A stretch of 64,000 nucleotides of DNA from the NCBI GenBank assembly GCA_964016885.1, contig OZ024743.1:121396001-121460000 (forward strand), given 5' to 3'. Below, piece by piece: positions 1 through 13,811 of this stretch. Position numbers and translations under genes: made by a program. The notes under the pieces were generated by a model. The model did not search any database and was not told the DNA's origin. It saw nothing but the letters and a program-made list of their open reading frames with translations. Each line of letters opens with the position of its first letter. The first letter of the stretch is position 1. Origin of the DNA: Eledone cirrhosa (Eukaryota).

Positions 1-823
1 ACTGAAATCGTCAGTTGATTTTCTTTCCGATCGATAAGTTGCTATATAGAACCATCAGTTGTCGAAAGAAACATATTTTCATTCACTATTGAAGGACGCA
101 TTGCTGCATAAGAAGTACTAAAACCTTACAATCAATTGTTTGGACTCTTATAGGTTTTCTTAGAAAATTTATTAAGCTGGCTATCTGTTTTTCTAGATAA
201 AGTTATGGAATCTCGGCTGCTATTGAAAACACAGCTAAGTACATATTATTGTTCTATTTCTTTATTTACCGACATATCACTCTTTTCTTCTTTGCTTTCC
301 CTGTTTCTATCCTTGTATTTATCTCTCCTGTCTCTCCTACTTCTATTTCTCCCGCCACTCCCTTACCCCATCCCTTTTTCTTTTTCATTGGCATCTGTAT
401 ATTTCATTTAGATGAATTTCCATCCATTAGGTTGAGTAATCATCTTGATTTCAACTATTTTACATCGCTTATGTTGCATGAATGTCATACAACGTTATTT
501 AGAACTTTCCCATATGTACTAAATATCACACATCCTTTTTGCCATCCCATCCAATCATGAGCTCTTGTGTATATTACCTACATATCTGTCTATTCGTTCG
601 AAACACAACCAGGTTTTAAAGTTAGAGTAGGAACAACAAAACATAAAAGTGGTATCGGGACATATCCTAGATCATTTAAAATGTATTCTATATCTTCATT
701 TCGTATTTGAAATCAACTCAACAAAAGAAGGAGTTTTAAATGAAGAGCACAAATTCTTATTTTCTATTTAAAGTTAAAACAATATAAGAAATTTTCCTCA
801 GTAAGATCATGATACACATACAC

Positions 824-829
<6 letters not shown>

Positions 830-900
<71 letters not shown>
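830..900. repeat. (GA)n microsatellite
   Basis: Direct read. Confidence 0.95.
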
Positions 901-905
<5 letters not shown>

Positions 906-1010
906 TCAGGACCCAACGGCTGAGCTCTTGCCGTTTCAAAAGCTTAACCGTCGGGTTCCGCCTCTTTATAATATAACCATACTCTACTATCCCAAGATCG
1001 TGTACTATGT
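900..1010 (+). mobile_element. Hairpin-headed repeat fragment, related to 15586-15745 and 42096-42245 (probable PLE 3' end)
   Basis: Imperfect hairpin 900-968 followed by 'actctactatcccaag', similar to 'actctactaccctaag' in the other two copies. Confidence 0.5.
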
Positions 1011-1107
1011 TGTTGAGTAATCGTCTAATTGGTTTCAAACTGAATCGATCCATATATATATAGGAAGAAATTGTAGTTTAATTAAACCATTAGGTATGGT
1101 ATATAGA

Positions 1108-1412
1108 ATTTGAAGTTTGGAAGCCACGAGGATGCAAAAAGAACGAATAAAGAGATCAGACGAAACAAGGTGTTATGTGTTTAACCTTAATTTATTTATA
1201 TGTCCTGATATTTCGAGATCAAAATTTCTTCTTTTGTGGGAAATAAAAGGTATTAATCCAGTGTTAGTCCTTTCTATTTCCCTCAGAAGAAGGGATTCTG
1301 ATCTCGAAATATCAGGGCATATAAATAAATTAAGGTAAAAAGAATGACAACGTGTTTCGTCTGATTTCTTTATTCGTCCATTTCGCATTGTCGTGGTTTT
1401 CAAACTTCAAAT
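1108..1412. repeat. ~305-bp imperfect palindrome next to (CT)n(TA)n, containing a degenerate hammerhead motif
   Basis: Arms reverse-complement around ~1260; mirrored ORFs 1117+ and 1173- share LNLFICPDISRS. Confidence 0.9.
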
Positions 1413-1518
<106 letters not shown>

Positions 1519-1564
1519 TTTAAAATCAATAAATTTAAAAATATATATTATTTTTAACGTAAAA

Positions 1565-1927
1565 AGGTATTGGTTGAGCGTCGGCCAACACGCTTTTTAC
1601 CATATAGTTACGGCCCTTAATTGTCTGAGTACAAATCCTGTCGAGGTTAGCTGTGAATTTCATCCTTACGGGGTTGATAAAATAAAACACCTGTAACGTA
1701 CTTTTCCCTCTTCCAAAAGTGTTGATGTACCTAAATCAGAAACTATTTGGCAGTATCGGTAGCGGGTCGGACGCCATGCTTTCCAGCATAGTTATGTCCC
1801 TTTACGGTCTGAGTTCAAATCCCGTCGAGGTTAACTTTGCCTTTCATCCTTACGGGGTCGATAAAATAAAGTACCAGTAATGCACTGGGTTATTGCTGGC
1901 CTTGTGTCAAATGTAGAAACAATTATT
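1565..1927 (+). mobile_element. Two tandem tRNA-derived SINEs (family A, Nin-like core)
   Basis: B-box-like gagttcaaatccc; core gcctttcatccttacggggtcgataaaataaagtaccag; tail gtagaaacaattatt. Confidence 0.85.
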
Positions 1928-1959
1928 TTAAACGAAAAATGAACAGAAAATTAAATTAT

Positions 1960-3690
1960 ATAAAACATGTAAGCAGCGACCACAACACAAGGTTTCATTC
2001 TTGCAAAATTATCTCTTATTTTATTTTAATCCACAGCAGCAGCCAACTCTCTTTCATGGAGAGCAATGTTAACCCAAACAATCTGTCATCGCCCATTGCA
2101 GAACAAAGATTTGACTTCCAGTGTTTGAGCCGGCGAAAAGATCATTCCACAACTACGCTGTTACTGGCAAGGTTAAAAACATGTGGTGTATTCTTGACAT
2201 GTTAGAATAAACGGAACACAGATCAGAGGAGATCATAAATGTTCATACATTGTTTGTGGTCAGTTTCTCAACACTTGGATTTTCTATATAGCTTGTGTTA
2301 ATAATCTATCTGTACATGCCTTTGAATTAAATAAATTTGTGTAAGATTTTAGGTTGACTGTGGATGGCAGCTGAAAATATGTCTGCTGAAAATTCAAATT
2401 GTTCATGTTAATTATTTTGTTCACATAGTCTTGATGTGTGTGAAGGCACGTGGCCTAATGGTGATGGTGTTGGACTTACGACCATAATGTCGTGGATTCG
2501 ATTCCTGGGTTGCATGTTGTGTTCTTGAGCAAAACACTTTATTTCACGTTGCTCCAGTATATTCAGCTGAAAATGAGTACCAGCAATAGCTGGGGGTTAA
2601 CAATGCGATGGACTGGCATCCTGTCCAGGGGGAAATTTTGTACTCTCAGACGCTTCGCGCTATGAAACCGGGATAAGCACCGGCAAATGAGCCTTCTGGC
2701 TTTAGACAGACTTTAGGCTCTTGATCTAAAGCATGAGATTTGTAAGCTATATTTTAAAATATCTCATATTATTCAAATATAAATTTCTTTCGGCATCAAA
2801 CTTGCATCATGAACATTTTGATTTTGCGTTCTTTGTGCTGCTAGTATTCCGTGTTGATATCATATTTTCGAGCTAAATTCGAGCTTCATTCCCAGTCTGA
2901 GGTTACAGCTCATTCTCATTTTACCTCTTTCTCTATTCTTTTTCGAGAATTTTATTCAAATCTGAAAAATCTAGGCTAATTATCTGTAAATATATAGATA
3001 AATTGAAAGCTTTGTCAAGCACTTACCTCCATCATATATGAACAAATAAGAATACGAATGTACTGAGTGTTTCTTGTACATTGTTTGCACTAGCAAGCTG
3101 TTTAGACGTTCCACATTTCATCTTATAATCCCTAATATTTATTCGAGCAACTACTAATATTGATAACTTCTGCAAGACAGCCTCTAGTGCTGACTTTCTG
3201 TACACGATTCTATAATCGTAAGATGTCATTAGAGTTACTTCAAAAGCTACGTTATGTGTAATTCCTTTAGTATGGAAAGACCAGGTTTACAACTAGAAAA
3301 AATATAATCACTTGTAAAATTCAAATAAACAATTTTTTTTAATAAAGAAGCTTACTGCATTAAGAGAAACCAAATTTAGTTTATGTACACAAGAATGCAT
3401 AAAGAATACTTTTGGTGAAACTTACCTAACCTTTGTTTGCAGACCTGATACTTTACTCGATGTAGTGCTTGCTCTATCATATTTTGTGAGTTTCACTTTT
3501 TCCTGGTCTTTTTTTTTTTTTTCACTTTTCTTTATACCGTTAGTAAAGGTCAAGCCAGTCGACTGATTTGTATAAAGCCAGCATGATCGACAATACATTC
3601 TGTTTGCCCTCAAAAGGCTTCTTGTAATATAGGGTATTAAACTGACGTCCAGTTTTATCTTTTGAAACATTCAAAATTACCTTTAAACGT
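1960..3690 (-). pseudogene. Degraded hAT-superfamily transposase, interrupted by a SINE
   Basis: Minus-strand YDRASTTSSKVSGLQTKVR*VSPKVFFMHSCVHKLNLV (cf. YDGAxxMSG...HCxxHxLNL) and C-terminal dimerisation motif LPVT...SFRRLKHWKSNLCSAMGDDRLFGLTLLS; stops and frameshifts. Confidence 0.8.
2436..2715 (+). mobile_element. tRNA-derived SINE (family B)
   Basis: A/B-box head tggcctaatgg...gattcgattcc, body cttgagcaaaacactttatttcacgttgctcc, tail gatggactggcatcctgtccaggggg...gaaaccgggataagc. Confidence 0.8.
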
Positions 3691-5437
3691 GGCTTAATTT
3701 AGGAAAGGCATATACCAGATCAGCGTGGATCTCTCGGGTGTTCTGTGTGTGTGTTCTTCATTACACATTATCTTACTAGTCTGATGCATTAGTCACGACT
3801 TTCAGAGACTTCACTTCAATTGCCTAGCTAGTAACAGAAGTTAGTGTACTAATTGCCTAGCTAGTAACAGAAGTTAGTGGACTAACCCTTGACTAGTAAG
3901 TCTTTAGAGAATAGAAGATTCTATCTCAGGTTAACCCACAACGGCCTGGATATCATCCCCATAATTTGAGCATAACGTGGATAACCCTTCTCTAGCTCAG
4001 CAGATGATGACTGGTTGACAAAAGAAAGACAGGCGCCATTTTCTGAAATTTGACAATCCCTTATCTTACTTTTATTCTCTTTCTGTCCTACAATGTTTTT
4101 TTTCTGCTTACTGTTAATCTGCATCGCTTCCCCCCTCCCCAATATCTATAATAGTTTTCTTTGTCTACCCAATTTTAACAAAAGTCACAATATAACGTCC
4201 TCATATTAAAATTCAATATATAATGGACAGTAACCTTCTACTAGACAACAGTACATTATTTGTAGGTGTTTTTATGAGGTGGCTGCTTTGTACCAGAAAT
4301 GCACGAGGCAATTATATGCTACAACAACAATATTAGCGCGTGACAAGAATGAATATATTATAATAATTTGATTTAAGGCAATGATTTTTGGTTCGTCCTA
4401 TATATTCGGTTATCAGTAAAGAAGTTGCGTATATGCAGGTCCATTTCTCTTTTATTCCGAGAAATATTTTATTTGCCTTAATATGAATAATTGTATTCTA
4501 CATTTATTAATTTCACGCTTTAAGAATAATGCCATTATCAATGAAACTTGAATATATCTAGAGTAGTAATTTTTGACAGGGAAAAGATATACTCCTCGAG
4601 TCTCTAGTGTTTTAAACAGGAAATTATGTTGTCACAGTTTGATTTGGTCCCTCAGATGCCAGAGGCCGTCAACGCCTCAGAAGATATACTGTTGAAAACA
4701 CTGGAAGCTTGGTCAAATAAAGTAATGAATCTAGAAAGTTCTTTCAATTCAGTGACATCTGCGAAACTTATTTTGTATAACCAAAAGATGGTTAATGCAG
4801 ATTTGCTCATTACTCTAAACTTTAAAAACATATAATTTGAAATAAATATTGTAGTAAACGAAACTATAATATACTATTATTGTAAACTTTTATAACCTTC
4901 TGCTGCAAGCTATTGAAAACTTTTAGTTGTGAGCCTCGTCTTCAAAAATATACACTGCTATTCAATGGTATCTCGATTCAATGCAATCTCAATTCAATAG
5001 GAGCGTGTTTTGTATTTATTTTTTATTCAAACCATACACTCAACAATGTCTATCTAATTACATTTATCTCTAAAGTTTCCTTCGTCATTACGAGAAAAAA
5101 AATCTTTAAAACTCTATAGTAACATTTCTATAAATATTACTGCTTTAATAGATAAGCTAATGAGATAAAATTTACTAGGACCTGGAACACCTCATTGTAG
5201 CGTAAAAGTTTCAGCTGAAACCTTGAATAGGAAGAGCAATAAGACGGTAATAAGAAACCTTACTACCAACTATTTCATCCAAAAGATAAGACATTCATTT
5301 GTATACCTAGGAAGTAAACTATTCTAAGTCAAAGAGAAAGAACTAATACGGAGTTACGAAATGTCATTAATAAAAAAAGATCAAAATTCAGTGCAGCCGT
5401 ATTTTAAATATAAGATATTTCTCAGAAAATCAACATC

Positions 5438-6245
5438 TTTCTTCTTCTTCTTCTTCTTCTTCTTCGCCCACTTATTTCTGAGAGAGTCATGGGGCGAGAG
5501 CCCTCAAACACTCCTTCTAGCGGGTCCTGTCAGAAGCAACCGTCTCCAACTGTTCCGGCTTGATTCCCAAGCGTGACGAGCCAAGTCCATGAATGCTATC
5601 CAACCATCTTACTCGGGATCTACCCTTAAGTCTCTTGCCGGTTGGTTTCGCCCGTAAAATCTGTCCAGCGATTTTTTCGTGAGACATCCTTACCACAGGC
5701 CCATCGTATCGGAGCTGTGTTCTCTCAATTCGGAGAAGTAGCAGCTCTACTTGGAATGACTTTCTGATCTCCGAGCTATGCACTCTATTGAGTAACGTTA
5801 CTCCAAAGACCCTTCGGAGGAATCCTATTTCGGCCGCTTTTATTCACGATCGTATTCTTTCGGTCATTACACAAGATTCATGACCATCGGTAAGGGTTGG
5901 CACGAAAACCGTATTAACGATAACGACTTTGGCTTTTACGCCTACTTCTCTTCAGATTACTAAATGCTGAAGTTGGCGCATTACTGCACCTAGCTGTTGC
6001 AATTCTTGCACTTAATTCAGCCTCCTGTCTTCCATTACACATGAACACGGCCCTGAGATATTTGAACGTCTCAACCTGCTTCAGCGGAACTCCATTGTAG
6101 CGTACACTTCGCAGGCTTCCTTGAGAGGACGAGTATCTCAGTTTTCACAGCACTGATTTTCATTCCAGCCATGTACACTCAGCATCTAACCTATCAAGTG
6201 CAACTCGTAGATCATCTTCTGTCGAGTTAAGTAACACCATGTCGT
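5438..6245 (-). mobile_element. RTE-type LINE 3' fragment with (GAA)n tail
   Basis: ORF 5517-5783: LLLRIERTQLRY.G.VVRM...AKPTGKR.KGR...RWLD; (TTC)n at 5438-5466. Confidence 0.8.
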
Positions 6246-6529
6246 TTGTAAATTCCAGCCAACTTATTTACAAAAAAATATGTGTACTGTATTTTGGGAG
6301 AGTAAGGTGTTCGCGTTACATTTAACTTGCTGTGTTGTGATTTTGTTATTGTCTTTTTTTATGTTTTTTGCCATGGTGATCTTATTTGTTTTGAGGTCTT
6401 TGCAAATAGGAGATAAAATATATACTGTGTGAACTGAAATAGAAAATGCCTTGTAAAGTGTTTGTACTGTACCTAACAGAAGGTTTTGGATTGTGTTCGA
6501 CGTAAATGCCCTAATATGGTATTTCTTCT

Positions 6530-6562
<33 letters not shown>

Positions 6563-6864
6563 CATTGTTGGTACCATTGTTACTCCCACAACATCATACA
6601 GTTTATTAGCATTTTCAAAAATCTATAGCTTGGTAGATTTTTCGATTTCTTATTTTGAATGAAAGGAATGGAGATGTCTATCAGATTGCAGAAGATTTTC
6701 ATTCTATATTTGAATGTGATCATCTGAACATGTCCCACGATATTATAGATATAACAATGTCAGGCACTGGGTTTAGTAAGTATTGCTACTATATATTTGT
6801 TGTATAAATACACGCATAATGCTCAATGGAGAGAACAATCTAAATAAGAAATAATTAAGTAGAA

Positions 6865-7054
6865 GGGCGGTAGGTGTGCAGTATCGGTAGAGGGTCGGAC
6901 GCCATGCTTTGACGCATAGAGTTACGGCCCTTGCCATTCTGAGTTCAAATCCCACCGAGGTCAACTTTGCCTTTCATCCTTACGGGGTATCAATAAAGTA
7001 CCAGTAATACACTGGGTAATTGCTGGCCTTGTGCCAAAAGTAGAAACAATTATT
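6865..7054 (+). mobile_element. SINE family A with TSD attaagtagaa
   Basis: Full head, core and tail; TSD at 6854-6864 and 7052-7062. Confidence 0.9.
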
Positions 7055-7079
7055 AAGTAGAATTTTTTTTTTGGGGGGG

Positions 7080-7275
7080 GGGGGCAGAATCATAGAGCGT
7101 CGGACAAGATGTTATAGAGTTATGTCCCTTTACATTCTGAGTTCAAATCCATCCGAGGTTAGCTTTGCCGTTCATCTTTACGGGGTCGATAAAATAAAGT
7201 ACCAGTCACTCACTGGGATCGATTTAATCGACTTTCCCATACCCTTCAAATTGCTGGCCTTGTGTCTAAAGTATG
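7080..7275 (+). mobile_element. SINE family A variant
   Basis: gagttcaaatcc and ggggtcgataaaataaagtaccag core. Confidence 0.8.
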
Positions 7276-7399
7276 TATGGTACCGTAACTCCTAATAGAG
7301 TCGTAGGGGCGCTGTGTTTGCATACGGCGTTTCTTGCGCAATTTTAAGCCTGGTGGAGCCCATCCCTGTCCAGGCCTGAGTACAGCAGATATCTTCCAG

Positions 7400-7560
7400 A
7401 GAGGGGAAGAATCGACCCCTGTACTAGACTGCAACTTTTTTATCGACCTTGAAAGGATGAAAGGCAAAGTTGAGCTCGGCGGGATTTGAACTTAGAGAGC
7501 AAAGAGCCAGAACGAATACCATAAACCATTCTATCCGACATTCTCACGACTCTGCCAATC
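7400..7560 (-). mobile_element. SINE family A variant
   Basis: Reverse-complement core ttatcgacc...ggatgaaaggcaaagt...gggatttgaac. Confidence 0.8.
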
Positions 7561-7689
7561 ATTAAGTAGAATTTGGTTTCGCGCAAGGCATAATTGAAGT
7601 TGTGTTTCTCCATTTAAGTAAGGTTTTTTAAGTTCGCCAATGTGCATATTTATGAAAAAATGTTCAATACACCGCTCTTACAAGTTCCA

Positions 7690-8512
7690 TTCATAAATGT
7701 ATAAGGTGATGGTATTCCTTTTTTCTCACACTTGCATTGTCGTGTAGGAACAACACACCTTTACGATTTGCCAATGCTGGTTGTTTTGTCCGCAAATTTT
7801 GATGTAATGATTCCCGTTGGTGATAATACTTACCAGCATTTATATCTGGGTGAGGTTTTCCCCATTTCCATTGGGTGATAATCATTGTCGCTTTGTTTGA
7901 ATATTATTGCACAGTACCCACTTTTTACCACTGGCTATTATTTTGCCCTGCGCAGAAAGGGGTTATTAGCAAGTCTACTCTTTAATGAAGAGCAAAGGGC
8001 AACACTTTTATCGAGTTGAGTAGCAATGAGATGGTGTGGTACCACTGGCTATGTTTAGATACCTTTCCCTGTTACTGCTGGTGCTTTACAATAGTTCTGT
8101 GGCATGTATTGAACACTATAACTAATTTTTGTTCAGTTTGAATAGGAATTTCTTCCACCACATTCTGTAAAAGCTTGAGATCGAGAGAATTCGGTTGCGC
8201 TGATTGTTTAAACCATCGTTGGCATGTTCGGACAGTTAGTGCTTCCTTTTTACAGACAGAATTTAATATTCCTTGTCGTGTATGTTCCTAAGGAACCCTT
8301 TTTGCATTTATGCAGCATACAATGTCTTATATGTGTCTGTTTAGCACTCATTCTACAGAGGTCGGACTGCATAGTATTAAGCAATATAACATTAAACTAA
8401 TCTGGAGAAAAACATGAAATGCATTAAAACAAAATATTGCAGCCAGTTTTGAAAAAATGTCTTCAAAGTCATTATGTCTAAAATGCGACAGGACTTTGTA
8501 TCAAACATATTA
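7690..8512 (-). pseudogene. Degraded mariner transposase remnant
   Basis: QNLRTKQPALANRKGVLFLHDNA (second catalytic D motif); TIR-like sequence near 8482-8512. Confidence 0.7.
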
Positions 8513-9541
8513 ATTATTTTTAAGATATATCTACTTATATGCTCTTTTCCTTGCTATTTGCGGTTTGGTAATAAACTGATACATTTCTTTAAACCCAACG
8601 GCCGGCATAACTTGTGAAACCTTATATATTCTTCTAATTATAATATTATTTAAATTGCTTAATATATTTACGTTTGATATTTAGATTCAATGTTATACGG
8701 TTGTATATAGGGACTTAACTGTGACTATTTTAATTGTCAATGTGTTATGAAGGGCGGAATTCTGAATTTGTAACTTACATTAATTTACTATTCATATAGT
8801 ATCCAGTTGTTACGGCTATCCTTCGCGCTGCGAATCCTACAATTTTATGAAAATTCATATACACTTATCGCTTCAAACCTTTTCAATGAATGTTTAGATA
8901 CATAATTTGAGCCATGTTGGATATTGAACGGATACGGTGCCAGAGACAAGTGACTCTTTATACCTTTATCTATCTACCTATTTTGTCTGTCTTTCTCTCC
9001 CCACTATCTATATTTGTTCCTCCCGTTTTCGCCTCTCTCATGTTATTACCACTGCTGCAGCTGATACTTCCTCTCTCTTGTGGCCTACAGCTGCTTCTGT
9101 GTCCGCCAGAATAACAGACAGCGTCTTTTCCTGTCGACGACGGCTTGTTATAGACGTGCCCCTCTGTTTTCTTTTTCCCCTATTCCAGCGTCAGAACAAC
9201 AGAAATTTAGGTTTTGTTGAACGGACTACCCTTATATACATGGTCCTTCCTCTTCCTGCGAAAAGCCTTGTTGGTTTAGAAGGAAGCTGGTGATTCATAT
9301 GACACTAGAGTTATAATTTTCTTATTAGTTTAGTTTCTCCATCCTTTCTCCACTATTTGTATTCTTTTCGCAATTCTCAAAGAGTTCTGCTCGATCAATC
9401 TTTCCCACTTTTCTTTCCCGCTCACCGTTCAATATGTGGTTATATCTTAACCCGACTTTTTACTATTCATATAGTATTCAGCTGTTTACAGCTACCCTTC
9501 GAGCTGAGAATCAAACAATTTCATGAAAGAATACACGCACG

Positions 9542-9654
<113 letters not shown>

Positions 9655-9960
9655 ACATTAGTGTACGCTGGATAGAGCACTCACCGAATTATACATGTAG
9701 GTCTGCGTACGCCGAGTGTAATTATTATAATGAAGTATAAGTCAACAGGTTAAAATTACCTCATTTATTCGTTTCACAATTGTTCTTACATATATTTCGA
9801 GGATAACTTTTATACAACAGTTATGACCTCATCAGACAGCTATTAGTTGAAAAGTTACATAAATAAAAATAACACAAAGAAAAAAGAAAAAGTCCTCGTG
9901 CTGCTTTAATTCATTGATATGTCACGAGCTGATCATCGGTCTTTATTTCTCAAAGCCCCT

Positions 9961-10073
<113 letters not shown>

Positions 10074-10172
10074 AATAAACAACACAATACAATTATTCTA
10101 TTTACCAAAGGTTTCACGAAGACAGGCGACCTCAACAGAGGTGTCCGACGTCGTTCATTAGAAAGGAAACTT

Positions 10173-10221
<49 letters not shown>

Positions 10222-10222
10222 A

Positions 10223-10279
<57 letters not shown>

Positions 10280-10282
<3 letters not shown>

Positions 10283-10610
10283 CATTGTTTTATTTGAATA
10301 TTATTGCACAGTACCCACTTTTTATAACTGGTTATTATTTATTTTGCCCCGCCCAGAAAGGGGTCATTAGCAAGTCTACTCTTTAATGAAGAGCAAACGG
10401 CAAATCTTTTATCGAGTTGAGTAGCAATGAGATGGTGTGGTACTCAGCGTCTATGTTTAGACACCTTTCCTTGTTCGTTCAGGTGATTTACAATAGTCCT
10501 GTGGCATGTATTGAACACTTTTACCAATTTTTGTTCAGTTTCAAAAGTAATTTCTTCCACCACATTCTGTAAAAGCTCGAGATCGAGAGAATTCGGTCGC
10601 ACTGATTATC
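10280..10610 (-). mobile_element. Second fragment of the same mariner family (matches ~7895-8205)
   Basis: Near-identical text: aatattattgcacagtacccact...gagatcgagagaattcgg. Confidence 0.75.
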
Positions 10611-10859
10611 TAACGAAACAGAGGAAAAGGAGAGACATAGAAGGTGAATACTATCAGTTAACACCTATCTTGCTGTAAAATGGAAATTCTGTGCTTAAAC
10701 CATAAATCTTTCTGCATGCAGCCAGAAACTGAGATCGACTTGAATAGTGAGGTTACTACTATTCAGATACAACTAACTTGGTTGGCCCACATTTACGAGA
10801 CGAATAATTTATTGCACAGTATTTAGGATAAATTGATTTGTAATGCTCTTGACAGAGTT

Positions 10860-13222
10860 GTTGTACTAGAGAACGGGTCATAGGTAGCGATATGGCCACC
10901 AGATATGAGGATTAGAGCTGATGTAAGCTTGTTCCTGCCGGAGGAATAACCAATCAAACATCAACAGCGATAAACTGCCTAGGTAGATGCAGCAATGGTG
11001 GATACTGTGAACTCCCCAAAACACTTTCACAGTCTAGTGATGTAGCTACGATGAGATGAGCAAAAGCTGCCTCTAAAATAGCCTAGTTTGTGCAGGTGAC
11101 TGCTGTGAATAGGACCACCAAAACAATGTAATATAGCCGGAAACAGTAAAGGCAGACGTAACACATCGACCTTCGCGCGAGAATACAAGGGATGCGCTCA
11201 GGCCTTAGGTAGAGGGGGTCTACCGGCTAGATATTGCCGGGGTTTCCTAAACAAAGTTACGTCGCTCTGGTACTGTAGAATTTGATGGACCACGGAAACT
11301 CCACTATTCAGATGTGGAGCCAGAAAAGACTGCACAGGCGGAGTTGGTTATATTCACAATCCATTGTGTGTTATGGACTGGATCCCATTGGGAGAGAGGA
11401 TTTGCCTCTTGAAGCTTAGGCTCTGTGGATGGTAGACGTTTAGACACCAAATAAGGTGTCCGAATATAGATCCTTGCTTGATGAAGTCAGTGCATCGTTA
11501 GTTGTACTTAAGACTGAGTCATATATCCTGGCTTTGATATCTTCGATTCTGTGATGGATGTCCGTGATAAGAGAGGGACTGAGCTGTGAACTGATCACTA
11601 TCTATTTATCTGCAGTCTGAAACTACCTAAAGCCAGGAGAGCCCACAAAACTAGCAAGACCTACAGGATAAGGTGGGAAACATTGGCAGATAAAGAAATC
11701 AGGAACAACTTACGGATACGATTGCATCTACATTCAGAGAATTATCTGATCTACGGTGAAACGGAGTAGCAGCAGTGTCTGCTTTAGCTGTTAAATGCTG
11801 ATGGTCAAAGACGCCATCCAAGCAAAGAAGGAGGCTTACAAAGCTTGGCTTGGAAATAAATCCAACTTCTTGCCCATGCATTACAAACAGGTGCGAAAAG
11901 TTACGGAAGAGACAGTAAAGGTGTCGTCCAAAGTTAAGACATCGGAGGACTTTGAGATTAAGCTGGAATCAGACTTCAGATCAGCAATTAACGTGTACTG
12001 GCGGACCATCCACCGACTTCGTAATACGAAATCCTCCTCCACACTTGCTATCAGGAAAGCGCCTGGGGTTCTCCTCTCTTGAAGGGGGAGCGAATACTTT
12101 GCTGATCACCTAAATCCGGTCAAAACAATATCTAGTATACACGAGGTGCATCTGGGAGTGATGTCTAACCTCTCGGAGGCTGAGGTCACAAAAGCAATTA
12201 AAGAGCTCAAATGTGGCAAGGTGCTGGGAAGGACAATATTCGGCCCGATATGTTAAAAGCCTTAAACAGAGAGGGTATTATCTGGCTGACTCGTGGATGC
12301 CGAGAAGCCTGGATCTCTAAAAAGGCACTAAGCAATGGCAAGCAGGAGTGATAATCCCAATTTTCAAAAGGGGAGACAAAAGAGATTGCTCCAATTATAG
12401 AGCTTCCTCGTAAAGTCTATGGTAAGTGTCTGTCAAATTCTATGCTAAGTACCTGTAAGAATATTGCCTAGACCAATCTAGCTGAAAGACAGTGTGATAG
12501 TTTTAGCCCCTCACGCAGCGAGTCCAACCGAATATTCACACTGCGGCAGATCTTTAACAAATCGTGGGAGTATTGCCAAGACGTATATGCTTGTTTCGTA
12601 GAACTTGAAAAGGCATATGATCGCGTCCCACAGGATCTGTTGTGGAAGTTTCTGCAGGAGGATGGGATCCATGTACAGCTGCGAGTTTCCCCATGTCTCT
12701 ATACGAATGCTCTAGTATTTGTATTCGGATAAATGGTGCTATGTCGAAACTATTCAATGTGGGTTTCTGACATCCCCAAGAGTGCACTGCCCTTTCTCCT
12801 GTTCATAATTTTCAAGGACAAGATTGACATGCGCAGCCGGGTTGATAGTGGTGTCAGGACATAGTTCAACTTAACTCGTCAGAAGGTGAGGTGATATCTG
12901 ATATGCCCTTTATAGGTGTAATGCAGAGTGCTGCGCGACAGGATTGAAAATCTGTTTTGCGATGTTTGAGACGCTCGCACTCTCAAGGAAGCCTGCTCAG
13001 TGCACTCTACATTCAAGTGGGCGGAGAAGTTTATGTATCTAGGAGCCATTTTCACAAGTTATGGAAGTTAGTAGAGTGAATTAAATGCAATAAGTGCAGG
13101 AACTGGTGCAGTAATGCGCCAGTTACAGGCTTCCATCAGCAGGAGGAGGAGGGGGGAGAAGAAGAAGAAGAAGAAGAAGAAGAAGAAGAAGAAGAAGAAG
13201 AAGAAGAAGAAGAAGAAGAAGA
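10860..13222 (+). mobile_element. Degraded RTE-type LINE (APE + RT remnants) ending in (GAA)n
   Basis: KKEAYKAWL, YWRTIHRLR, ELKCGK, IPIFKRGDKRDCSNYR, ACFVELEKAYDRVP; (GAA)n at 13157-13222. Confidence 0.8.
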
Positions 13223-13421
13223 ATTGTAAATTTACGAAATTGGGTTTTTCCTTAACGCACATATTTAACACGTGTTTCCTAAAAACGCATGCCAGTAAGT
13301 TAAACCCTGTAATATTTCAATTACATATATGTGTGTGTGCGGGGGTACGTATGTATATGTACTGGTACTGCGACCCATCCGCAAATCAGGTATGTACATA
13401 ACTTCATGTTATTTTGTTGTA

Positions 13422-13469
<48 letters not shown>

Positions 13470-13700
13470 TAAATCATGTCCTTAGAATTATTAGATAAAA
13501 TATATACCATTTCCTCTCCCAATTAGCATAATTAACCATATAAAAAATCAATTAGACAAGGCTATAAGAATAAAGGCTCCTATGAAGAAATATTTGATAA
13601 ATAACCTCTTCGCGGTGACCCCCAATAGAGTATTTATCCAACATTTCAACAGCATGTAGAAACTGACTAAATATGCCGTCAACCATACACAATTAGATGT

Positions 13701-13772
13701 AAATTTAAACTTAGAAGAAACGTGTACATACCGTAATTACGGTATGTACACGTTTCTTCTAAGTTTAAATTT
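13701..13772. repeat. Perfect 72-bp palindrome next to (TA)n
   Basis: aaatttaaacttagaagaaacgtgtacataccgtaa|ttacggtatgtacacgtttcttctaagtttaaattt. Confidence 0.95.
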
Positions 13773-13774
13773 CA

Positions 13775-13806
<32 letters not shown>

Positions 13807-13811
<5 letters not shown>

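Noticed and set aside
1746-1927. tRNA genes at A/B-box-like motifs
   Set aside because: No cloverleaf; these are multicopy SINE heads with shared bodies and tails.
1939-2205. Plus-strand 88-aa ORF with exon-like borders
   Set aside because: The minus strand encodes the hAT dimerisation-domain remnant; the plus ORF is an antisense shadow.
4500-5400. Possible highly decayed CR1/L2 LINE (also 61400-62800)
   Set aside because: Only fragmentary motif hints; not supportable without a profile search.
8740-9500. Possible solo LTR or exon
   Set aside because: No partner LTR, clear TG...CA termini, TSD or recognisable protein.
13114-13401. Poly-Lys ORF
   Set aside because: It is the translation of the LINE (GAA)n tail.
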